Shown here: positions 39,201 through 50,190 of the stretch, piece after piece
How the letters are laid out: each line of letters opens with the position of its first letter
How positions within the stretch are numbered: the first letter of the stretch is position 1
Origin: Octopus sinensis
Taxonomy: Eukaryota
Assembly: GCF_006345805.1 (NCBI RefSeq)
Contig: NC_042998.1
Coordinates: forward strand, 203,608,001 to 203,672,000
DNA length: 64,000 bases
Reading direction: 5' to 3'
Position numbers and translations under genes: made by a program
The notes under the pieces: generated by a model
Seen by the model: the letters and a program-made list of their open reading frames with translations, nothing else
What the model was told of the DNA's origin: nothing
Database searches by the model: none

Positions 39201-39603
39201 TAAACACAAACACACACACACACACACACATGCTTCTTTTTAAAACTGCAAATAGCTCTGCGGGTCCAGCAGAATAAAATGGTAATCGAAGGGTTCCTTA
39301 GGCATAAAAAAGGGTTGAGAGACCTTGATTTACGAGGTGGTATCAAAACATTGCTGGACTATTTCTGTAGCGCGCCAATAGATGGCAGCACACGGTTACG
39401 TGTGCAGTGACAGCTAGCAGTGACCTTCACGAGGCAGTGCGCCGAGTGACATCGCTGTGTTTACTTCGCAAGTTGTGAGAATTTGTGCTTTTGTGATCGC
39501 GTGTGTGTTGTAGTCTGTGATTTTTGTCTTGGACTGGAAGTTGGAACAAAGAACCAACTTGAAATTTTGTGTTAAACTTAGAAAGTCTGTTACAGAGACA
39601 TTG

Positions 39604-39888
39604 CTCCTTCTCGAGCCACGCCTGGTTCATAAGGGCCGGTTTCCCGGTTTCATTGGCGTATAGGCTCCTCACCTGGACGGGACGCCGGTCCGTCGCAGGT
39701 GAGCTGCAAGATACAAGAAGAAAGAGTGAGAGAAAGTTGTGTCGAAAGAGTCAGCAGAAGTTCGCCATTACCTTCTGTCGGATCCGCGTGGAGCTTAGGT
39801 GTTTCGCTCATACACACACATTGCCCGGTCTGAGATTCGAACCCGCGATCCCCCGACCGCTGCTCTAAGCACTAGGCCATGTGCCGCC
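39604..39888 (-). mobile_element. tRNA-head SINE inserted in the mariner transposase
   Basis: Flanked by a 12-bp direct repeat ACAGAGACATTG (39592-39603 and 39889-39900); A-box/B-box-like head TGGCCTAGTG...GGTTCGAATC on the - strand. Confidence 0.85.
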
Positions 39889-40211
39889 ACAGAGACATTG
39901 AGCATGCTTCAACAAGCTTACGGCGACAACGCAAAGTTTCGAATGAGCACAGGTGCTTGAAAAGCGGAAAATCATCGCCGAAAGACGATGAGCGATGTGG
40001 TCAACCTGCCAGGAGCGTTACCCCCAGGGATATGGACAAAATCGATCAGCTTGCGCATGAGGGTCGTCGGGGGACAAACAATGATATTGCTGATGTTGTT
40101 GGTCGGTCGTATGGGTCAATGCAGGCAATCCTAACATCTGAATTGAACACGCGGCGTGTCTGTCAAGTTTGTCCCCTATCTGCTGACCACTGAGCAGAAA
40201 GAACATCGCGT

Positions 40212-41246
40212 TGTAACATAGCTAGGTGATATCCTCACTGTTTGAGAGATATATTAGAAATGATCTCGTGTTAGATAGCAACCATCATCGGCTATTTTGA
40301 CCCTGTTCTCTCCACTGCTCTGATTAGTGGACATTGGCGCAGTTTGTCTCTTGACTTATTTCGCGCCAGTGTGTAATCCAACCAATCACGGCCTTCGGAT
40401 AAGGTCCCATGACACAGTCTTTTTGGGGTTTCACTGGAGCCCACCTCAGGTTATAAAAGGCGCCAGCAAATCACTATTTTTCGTCTTTGGTTCTAGTCCT
40501 TCTCAGGACTAACCTCTGTCCACAGAGTGACTCAGCCAGTTCCAGTTCCAGCAACAGACGACCAGACCAGCCAGTCATGTTCCTGCTCCAGTAGCGCCGA
40601 CGCCATCATCATCGTCATCCTTCAACCTTCACGTCGTCTCCATCTTCGTCGCCTTCATCTCCACCAACAGTAATACGTACACGGCAACTCGCTCAGGTTT
40701 AAACTCCACGCTGTTGTGAATACTCACCAAGGTAAACAGCTCAGTCAGCCTGCGATATTCCTGTATCAAGTAACCCGGCATGGCATAATAACCACAACCT
40801 CTGTACGTGTAGTAACCGGTGCTGCCTCGTGACCTCAACCTCTTTTACAGAACTACAACTGCTGTGTAACCTTACTACGAACTGGTAAATCAACTCCATC
40901 TTGTCTAAAATACCCTAAGAGACTCTTTTCCATGCTCTGTATTTTGTTTTGCCCGCATACACCTTGTTTGTACTTCTGTCGCACACACGAACACACAGAC
41001 ACAAACACTTGTCGCATGCGCACAGACACTCCACTTTGCTAGCACCCATACTTTATCTTATTGTACACATCTGTAAATAAAGTCTTCTCTCTCAAACAGT
41101 AGAACGGTTGTCGTCCGCATTATTCCTTTTGGCACTTATTCTTTTATATCGTGTATTTGGCTTCTTCTTTTGTTAGGGTGACCGTGCAGCGTTAAAAAGG
41201 AGACATTTCTGTCACCAACCCCTTACGTACGGTTGTTTTCCCTACA
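40212..41246 (+). mobile_element. Solo-LTR-like insertion (~1035 bp)
   Basis: TGTA...TACA termini, TATA-like TTATAAAAGG near 40451, AATAAA near 41076, no long ORF; interrupts the mariner between EHRV and VCQDL. Confidence 0.6.
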
Positions 41247-42553
41247 AGTCTGTCAAGATCTCCGTCCACGTGCCGCTGATGACTCCTCCGAAAATCATCA
41301 CCCGGTGACGAGAGTTAGGTCTACGGGTACGACCCCGAGACGAAGCAGTAGCCATCACAATGGAAGAACCCTTCACCTCCACGGTTGAAGAAGCTACGGC
41401 AGAGCTGTAGCTCAGTCAAGAGCGTGCTCATCGTTTTTTTCTTCGACATCCGCCGTATTGGGCATCGAGAGTTCGTTCTCCGAGGACCAGACCGTCAATT
41501 GAGAGTTTTACTGCGACGTTATGAAGTCTTTGAAGGAGGGCATTCAGCGAAGGCGATCAGTTCTGTGGAGCGTGAAGAATTGGATTCTTCACGACGACAA
41601 TGCACCCTGTCACTGACCCTCCTCACTCGCGAGTTTCTCGCCAAAAACTGCAGATGTCGCTCCCACACCCATCCTATTCACCAGGTTTAGCACTTGCAGA
41701 TTTCCATCACTTCCCCAAGATGAAAATCCAATTCAAAGGTCACCGTTTTAACACCATTGTCGAGATCAAAAGCGAATCGAAGAAGGTTCTCGACTCGGTT
41801 ACGGAGAACGACTTCCAGATCGGATTCCAAAAGTGACAGGAACTCTGGGACCCGAGAATTGTAGCACAAGGGGACTCTTTTGAAAGAGGTGATGTTAAAA
41901 CTTAGGTAAATAAGTTATTTTTTTATTAAACATTATTACTCCGGGAACTTTTTGATACCAACTCGTAGAATCACTTTATTACTTTGTCTTCCCCTTTTGA
42001 AAGGGATTTGAATTCTATTTCTAGCGATCTGTGCGGCGCTGTAGAAGCGAATCCAACCGCTTCAACCCACCTAGTTGCATTAGTTTCTCTGACAGAAAAA
42101 TATATTTAAGGGAAAGACTGTTGACATTTAGCTCTCTGATCGAGCAGATCTATAAACAGAGGCGTTACAACCGTGACCTTCCATTCTGTTTGTATATCAG
42201 GAACTGAACTACATTATTCAGTGAATCTTTCTTTATAAAAGAACGATACTGTGTTATTTGACGTAAATTTGATAGTTATTTCTAGCAGGTCGAGAAAGTG
42301 CGTAAGGGTCTCTTCGTTTGATTGTGTACAAAATATGTTTCCAGTCCGAGATAAAGCAATTTTCTATGAAATAAGATTCCAAGACATTTTTTGGTGTCAT
42401 AAATAAAACGAAATGAAAATATAAAATAACTCCCAGTCCCACCCACCCGCCCACCGTTTAATAATTAGCGTTGGTTTGTTTATATCCCCGTTACCTAGCA
42501 ATTTGGCAAAAAAAGATTAGAAGAATAGGAACCAGGCTTCGAAACAGACACAC

Positions 42554-42610
<57 letters not shown>

Positions 42611-43958
42611 TTTTTTCTTATAAGAAAGTCCCAAACAAGGCGAGAAGTCACTTAGTGTAAGAGACTCTGAAAAAGGAAGAAATTGCAATGAGAGTAACGA
42701 AGAGTTCAGGTGAGAGAAAGTGGGGAAATGATGAGATGGAAGAAAGTTCCAAAGTTTGGCAATTCGAGGGAAAAAGCGACGACCGTCGAACAAACAAACA
42801 AACAAACAAATAGACGAACAAACAAACAAATATAATCAAAGGAGTTGATTTGATCGCTAAAAACCCTTCAGGGCGGTACTCCAGCATGGCCACAGTCCAA
42901 TGAATGAAATAAAAAGCTAAAAAGAGATAAATATAAAATTCGCTCCTGTAAATATCACAAAAAATATTGCTGTTGTTATTGAAGCGAAGGTCAGACCAGA
43001 TGGATTTATACCAATTAACGAAAGCCATTCCAACCATGGCAATACCTTTGATTCGCGCCTACATTTCTCATAAAATAATCCATATTTAAGGGCAGTTGCG
43101 TGACTTATTAGAATCGTAGTTCACAGCGTAAACTTCAGGTGATTGAACTAAGGGAAATAACTTATTAGGATTTGTTTTAGAGTTAAGCCCCTTTAGTTAT
43201 CTTGAAATGATTCAACACGAAGCTTTGTCAGTGAACAAGTCACGGTCTGAAAGCGACGAAAATATTTTGACAAATTAAACTTAAATGTTGGAGTGAATCT
43301 AACGGTTTTGTATGTTTCTTAAATGGCTTGTAAACACCGTCCACGCTGCAAATATTTTCGTTCCAGCACACGATCTCAGATCAAGTCACTCGCTATGCAA
43401 GTACATCTCCGAAATAATTTTTGTTTAAATAATATTCCTTTTAATGTGGCGAGCTGGCAGAATCGTTAGCAACGCCGAGGTCGACTTTGCCTTTCACCCT
43501 TTCGGGGTCGATTAAATAAGTACCAGTTATGCACTGGGATAGATATAATCAACTTAATCCATTTGTCTGTCCTTGTTTGTCCTCTCTGTGTTTAGCTCCT
43601 TGTGGGTAGTAAAGAAATAGGTATTTAGCCTGCCGCTTCGTTCTGAGTTCAAATTCCGCCGAGGTTGACTTTGCCTTTCACCCTTTCGGGGTCGATAAAT
43701 TAAGTACCTGTTGTGTACTGGAGTCGATGTAATCGACTGGCCCCCTGCCCCCAAATCTTGGCCCTTGTGTGCCTTGAATAGAAAAGAATAATATTCCTTT
43801 TCCCATTTCCTGATGATGCCATCTGTAAATATTGGAGATTTTGTTGCAAGAACTCCTCTACAAGCTTCGAAAATAAAAAAATTGTTGTGATGCAATTATT
43901 TACATTATTTACATTATTTACATTTGACGGATATTTGTCCTCATCTTGTTTGTTGTTA

Positions 43959-44002
43959 ACACAACGTTTCGGCTGATATACCCTCCAGCCTTCATCAGGT
44001 GT
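43959..44002 (-). ncRNA. Minimal type I hammerhead ribozyme (orphan PLE pLTR remnant)
   Basis: ACAC-CTGATGA-A-GGCTG(GAGGGTATAT)CAGCC-GAAA-CGTT-GTGT: stems I and II pair perfectly; palindromic ACGT stem III. Confidence 0.8.
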
Positions 44003-44699
44003 CTTGGAAAAAATTCGAAATAATTATTAGTATTAATAATTATTAGTATTATTGTAATAATAACATCGAATGAGAACCCAGGGCTCGGCAAAAGAGAACG
44101 ATAGAATAAGTACTCGGCTTACAAAGAATAAGTCCTGCGGTTGATTTGCTGGACTAAAAAGCGGTGCTCCAGCATGGCCGCAGTCAAATGACTGAAACAA
44201 ATAAAAGAGTAAAAAAGTAAGGATGATAAAACTCCGAGTTTCTGATGTCGGGGCGGAAACCCACGCCGGCATCTCTTCAGTTATCGGGCCATCGGAAAAA
44301 ATGCTATGAAAATGATCGTTAAAACAAAGGGGAAATGCTGTGTGATTGACCGTTATTAAGACAAAGGAGTTATTTGAATGACCGCTAAGTGGGGGGAGGG
44401 TGTAAAGGTAAGGGAGTAAAAATGTTCATAGTAATCGCGTAAGCCCGCATGTCCATACATACACATGCGCGCCCGCACATCCACGTACATGTGCCTATAT
44501 GTATATACTCATCCACCCTCAATTGAAACACACACATGCTCACCCACACATTCGCCAAAAAATATATACATACTCGCATACACTCGTATACACACGCGCG
44601 CACAAAAAAGGTTCATACACACGTCTATATACACACATGCACAAGAAAAGACAGGGCTAAAGGCAAAATATAGAAAAATGTGTAAAAAAATTGAAAAGG

Positions 44700-45150
44700 G
44701 CTTGCACCTCCCGACCCACATCCGTCTTGAGGCAACCTCTAACAAGCTTCAAAATATCAGGTAAGCAATCATTTCAAAGTCGACAAGACTGGCCTTCTTC
44801 AGGAGAGCATTCTATAGAGACAAAACCTGAACTACAAAGCTGGGCCTTCAAGATCGCTCTGGTGGTGCATTACCACATTTATCGTTGTTTCCACTGGTGA
44901 AAGCATTCCTGGAATTCCTTTTTGGGGATAGTGAGCAGCTGCTACCTTGTTGCATTCTCTTGGATTTCTCCAACGTCTTGAAATCTTGTTGAGGTTTTCC
45001 CCTAAGAAGACTGAACCTTGGTTTCGGAATCATAGCCATAGAACTAAGATTCGTTTTCAAAAAATTTTTCGTCTTCCTCAGCAAAATCAAGGAGATTCTG
45101 TGCATCTGAAAACCGGTCTTCTTTTTGAGACGACCGCACTCTACACACAC
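44700..45150 (-). mobile_element. Highly degenerate mariner transposase fragment
   Basis: Cross-frame remnants LLDFAEEDEKFFEN, FYGYDSETKVQS and GNAPP resemble the catalytic-domain motifs WVYGYDPETKQQS and DNAP. Confidence 0.45.
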
Positions 45151-45361
45151 TACTGCTAAATACTGTTATAAACAACAGAAGTGTGCGTGAACGATATAAC
45201 TTAACACTGAGTGCTTTTAGCTCTGTTATCATAGCAACAATCCTAATACTTTTTGATCAGACTAAACATTGGTAAGCTATTCCTATACTATTGATTTAAA
45301 GTAAAAAATATGTATATATATATATAAACAAAATAAAATTTTGTCACGGTATGACACATCT

Positions 45362-45481
45362 TGATAATACAACGTGATAATACATCGTGATAATACAACG
45401 TGATAATACAACGTGATAATACAACGTGATAATACATTGAGATAATACAACGTGATAATGCAACGTGATAATATAACGTGA
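45362..45481. repeat. 13-bp minisatellite (TGATAATACAACG), about 9 copies
   Basis: Direct reading. Confidence 0.9.
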
Positions 45482-45565
45482 CTCGGAGTTTCATATCGAA
45501 AGATAATGATAGATCGATAGCCACTACACATTCTTTATTTTCTCTCCCTATTTCTTTCTATGTTC

Positions 45566-45601
45566 CTTTCTGTGGAAGAGCGTAGGCTCGAAACGTTAAA
45601 G
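45566..45601 (+). ncRNA. Minimal hammerhead-like motif with variant core
   Basis: CTTT-CTGTGGA-A-GAGC(GTAG)GCTC-GAAA-CGTT-AAAG; the core reads CUGUGGA instead of CUGANGA. Confidence 0.55.
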
Positions 45602-46245
45602 ACTTTCTTCGCTTCCCGAGCGTTAAGCTAATACACATGTTTGTTGTCTGCACCACCTGTCTTCATCTTTTTTTTTTTTTTGTTAATTCTCCCCCGATAT
45701 AAGATAATCGTCGGACGATAAAAAATACAACAATTCTGTACCTGGATATCAGTAAAATATTTGAATGGTTATTTTCTTCCGAGCAGAGCTTCCAGTATTG
45801 AATTATAAGTCCAGAGATTTGATAAACCTATTACACGTTAATATTTACTGGTGGATTAAGGTGGCGAGGTAGCAGAGTTGTTAACACGCCGGGTAAAATA
45901 TTTTAACGGAACTTCGTCCGTCTTTATGTTCTGAGTTCAGAGGTTGACTTTTATCCTTTCGGGGGTCGATAAAGTAAGTACCAGTTGAGCACTGGTATCA
46001 ATGTAATCGACTTAAATTCTCCCTAAAATTTCTGGCCTTGTGCCAAAACTTGAAACCAGTATATCTAATGGTGGATGAGTTATTTACCCGTGGACTTGTT
46101 AAAAGCATTGAGAGTGATTACCGTTGGGTGGTGAATCAACTATTTTAGGATTATAAATATGGAAAGGAAAAGGGCTGAGGAGAGTTTAAGGGGTTGGCTG
46201 GGATTATGCTCACCCACAATTCAGCGGTAAGTGAATATATATAAA

Positions 46246-46640
46246 GGCGGCGAGCTGGCAGAAAGGTTAGCACGTCGGGCGAAATGCTTAGCGGTATTTC
46301 GTCTGCCGCTACGTTCTGAGTTCAAATTCCGCCGAGGTCGACTTTGCCTTTCATCCTTTCGGGGTCGATAAATAAGTACCAGTTACGCACTGGAGTCGAT
46401 ATAATCGACTTAATCCCTTTGTCTGTCCTTGTTTATCCCCTCTGTGTTTAGCCCCTTGTGGGTAGTCAAGAAATAGGTATTTCGTCTGCCGCTACGTTCT
46501 GAGTTCAAATTCCGCCGAGGTCGACTTTGCCTTTCATCCTTTCGGGGTCGAGTAAATAAGTACCAGTTACGCTCTGGGGTCGATATAATCGAATTAATCC
46601 GTTTGTTGTCTTTGTTTGTCCCCTCTGTGTTTAGCCCCTT
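46246..46640 (+). mobile_element. SINE family B, dimeric copy (others ~19972-20200, 20345-20575, 30905-31140 -, 43447-43790, 58460-59050)
   Basis: GGCGGCGAGCTGGCAGAA head, GTTCAAATTCC box, core GCCTTTCATCCTTTCGGGGTCGATAAATAAGTACCAG resembling the Nin/Deu SINE domain (recollection). Confidence 0.85.
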
Positions 46641-47181
46641 GTGGGCAATAAAGAAATAGGTAAGTGAATTGTGGGTGATCATATGAAGAGCAGAAGAAGA
46701 GGAGGATAGAGAAAGGAAAAAATAAGAGAAGGGGAGTGTGTGTATGTGTGTACACTGTATGAAGATAAGAGCTACTACTAGTTTGTTGCTGTGAAGACGC
46801 GTTGTCAGGCAGGATTTTATAACATGCCTTGTGTCTCCAAGCAATCTTCTGGCTTTGAACATTGTATTTGAAAATCTGGACTTTGGTGCATGAGAAACCA
46901 CGAGAAAAAAACCCCACAGAAATATGAAGCAGATTTCGTCTTTTCTCATGTTTTTTCATATACCAGCGCCTGATTTTCAAATAGAACAGACCATGGGCTC
47001 AGAGCCCGAAATTGCTTGAAGACACAAGGTATGTTATAATAAAGTGCCATGCCACGTGTCTTCGCAGCAAGAAACTAGAAGTGGTTGTTATCTTTATATT
47101 ATGTACATTAAATGACATTTATCTCTCACTGGATGCAATATTTTTTGGGGGTTGATCTTATCTTGACGCAAATCAATAATC

Positions 47182-47260
<79 letters not shown>

Positions 47261-47339
47261 TATGTATGTGTGTGTGCTTGTATGCATGTGTGTGTATATA
47301 TACATATATACATACATATGTATATATATATGTATGTGC

Positions 47340-47392
<53 letters not shown>

Positions 47393-47437
47393 CATATACA
47401 CACATACACACACACACATACACACTCATAATATATA

Positions 47438-48145
47438 CTGGGGTTGGACAAAATAATGGAAACACCCAAAAACTTCAAACAAATTTATTTTAATATGGGG
47501 CAGGGCCGCCTTTGGCAGTAATTACAGCTTGAATTCTATGAGGTATGGATTCGTTCAAAGTTTGAATTGTTTCCAAAGGAATTTTTGCCCATTCTTCAGC
47601 TAAAACCGTCTCCAGTTCTTGTAGTGATGTTGGTGGAGGATATCCACTTCTTACCTGTTTTTCTAAAATCCACCATAAATGTGGTCATTAAGCTCTGCAG
47701 TAATTTTGGGAGCTGTACTTTTGTGACCCTTTCTAACAATTCGCTTAAGAGTCCGATGGTTCCTATCTGAAAGTTTTGGTTTTCTTCCGGAGTTCTGTTT
47801 CGTCGAGGAGGTTTTCCCCTCTTTCTCAAAGGCTGTAATTACTTTCGAGACAGTACTTCTTGATACACCAAACATTTTGGCTGTTTTCGTTGCGCTAGCG
47901 CTTGCCATATGAGCACCAACAATTTGACCTCTTTGAAAGTCTGATAGATCTGTCATTTTAATGAATTTTAATTACCTTTTTCTGATGATATCTGAAAAGA
48001 AACAGCAATTTTAGCCAAAGATATTAAGCAGCACTAATAATAAATCAAAAAACTTTAAAATAAACAAGCTTTTGACGGTTTTATAGATATTTCAAAATTA
48101 AGATGCTATGATGCTAGGTGTTTCCATTATTTTGTCCAACCCCTG
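47438..48145 (-). mobile_element. Internally deleted Tc1-like transposon
   Basis: ~29-bp TIRs C(A/T)GGGGTTGGACAAAATAATGGAAACACC, TA flanks. ORF 47663-47956 MTDLSDFQRGQIVGA...SGRKPKLSDR is a Tc1 N-terminal HTH region. Confidence 0.9.
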
Positions 48146-48211
<66 letters not shown>

Positions 48212-48241
48212 GATATATATACATATGTGTGTGTGTGTAGA

Positions 48242-48287
<46 letters not shown>

Positions 48288-48939
48288 AAGAGATATCATT
48301 ATATGTGCATGGCTGTTAAAAATATTGAGTGGAATTGCATCATTGTTATTTTCCAACCTAAAATTGTCGATTGCTTTAAATAGAAAAAAAAAAAACATTT
48401 CTACTGAATCGATTCACCTGAAATCGCACAGCAAGAATCTATTCTCTTGCAGAAACATTCTTATACTTAGGATCCAGTATCATATCGGTTTCTTTTTATC
48501 CAGAATAAACTTTTATCACACCGAAAATTCGTTCCCATATCGTACATAACATTCTACATATGTACATAACATTTAATGATCATAAACCTAGTTATTCTTT
48601 CTCAAATAGAAATACAGTCATGTTTTCCTGCTGGTTTCTGATCTCAACTTGTCTTCTACATTACTCCAATCATAATTGGTCTTCCTGTATTATTTGGATC
48701 ATAGCAGGAGAATTCCTCTGTACATAATTGGTTTTCCTGTGTCCTCTTGTCCTGCTTGATCTTCCTCTATCATTCTCAGCATGGCAGAGACGTTCTTCTG
48801 TTTGTGGTTGTGTGCTAAGAAGCTTGTTTCTTAACCACATGGTTGTAGGTTCAGTCCCATTGCGTTGCACCTTTGGCAAGTGGGCCAACCAAAGCCTTGT
48901 GAGCAGATTTAGTAGACGGAAACATAAAGAAACCCGTCG

Positions 48940-49067
<128 letters not shown>

Positions 49068-49096
49068 ATGTATGTATGTATGTATGTATGTATGTA

Positions 49097-49142
<46 letters not shown>

Positions 49143-49144
<2 letters not shown>

Positions 49145-50190
49145 ATCAGGTCATCCCATTAGTTCTGTCCTATTTTACCTTTTTTTAAATTGAATGAAAT
49201 TTAATAGTATTTTAGAATGTCTAATGGAATTAAATATTATTTTTAAGCATTTGTGTACATTTAAAGTAATTAAATATTATTTTATAGAATAATAGAATTA
49301 AAAATTCTTTGATTAAAACCCATTCTAAGATGGAAATATCCAAAGAGCATTTGAGGCACATAATGGAGACAAAAAAGGAGACTCTGCAGCGAAAGCGACT
49401 CGAAACATACACTCAGTTTATGGGAAAGAATGCTTGAATGAAAGAACTTGCAGAAGATGGTTTGAAAAATTCAGAAGTGGAGATTCCAGCTTTGAAGATG
49501 AAGATCGAACAGGATGTCCAATTGAGTTTGATGATAAGCTCCTTGATGCATTACTTGAAGAAAATCCTGCATTATCAGTTGAAGAATTGGCAATAAAGCT
49601 TAGTTCAAACCATACAATTTTTCATCGTCATCTTCAACAACTTGGAAAGGTTCTTAAACTAGGAAAATGGATGCCTCATGAATTGTCCGAAAGCAATCGC
49701 AAATCCCGAGTTGACATCTGCTCTTCTCTCCATTCTCGCAAACTCATTTCCCACTTTTTGGATAGACTTGTGATGAAAAATGGATTTTGTATCGAAATGT
49801 TAAACGTCGTAAACAGTGGCTTGGTAAAAGGGAAAAAGCTCAACCACAACCGAGAAGGGAACTTCATGGGAAAAAAGGTTCTTCTCTCTCTCTCTCTCTC
49901 TCTCTCTGGTGGGATTGCAAAGGAGTAATTCACTTTGAATTGTTACCACCTAATGCAACAATCAATGTTCAAGTCTACTGTCAGCAATTAGAGCGTTTGA
50001 ACCAAGCTTTGAAGGAAAAAAGATCCGCTTTAGTGAATCGAAAAGGAGTGATGTTTCATCAGGACAATGCGCAACCCCACACTGCGAAGATCACATCACA
50101 GAAGATTGAAGAGCTTGGTTGGGAAAAAATTCCCCATCCACCTTATTCTCCCGGCTTTGCTCCTTCAGACTGCCATTTGTTTCGTAGCTG
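49143..50190 (+). mobile_element. Mariner transposon, frameshifted and 3'-truncated
   Basis: RTCRRWFEKFRSGD, GKWMPHEL, LWWDCKGVIHFELL, FHQDNAQPHT and HPPYSPGFAPSDCHLFRS motifs. Confidence 0.9.

Larger units (their letters stand above)
39333..41965 (+). mobile_element. Full-length degenerate mariner transposon carrying two nested insertions
   Basis: TA-flanked TIRs (TA)CGAGGTGGTATCAAAA ... TTTTGATACCAACTCG(TA). Transposase remnants EQRTNLKFCVKL, TETLSMLQQAYGDN, EQKEHRV/VCQDL and HPSYSPGLALADFHHFPKMKIQFKGHRF. Confidence 0.88.

Noticed and set aside
38888-39346. Poly-Ser/Pro, poly-Leu, poly-Glu/Gly and poly-Arg ORFs
   Set aside because: All are frames of one (CTT/CTC)n array.
42940-43080. Unique-looking segment with open frames on both strands
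   Set aside because: No recognisable protein and no convincing donor/acceptor pair.
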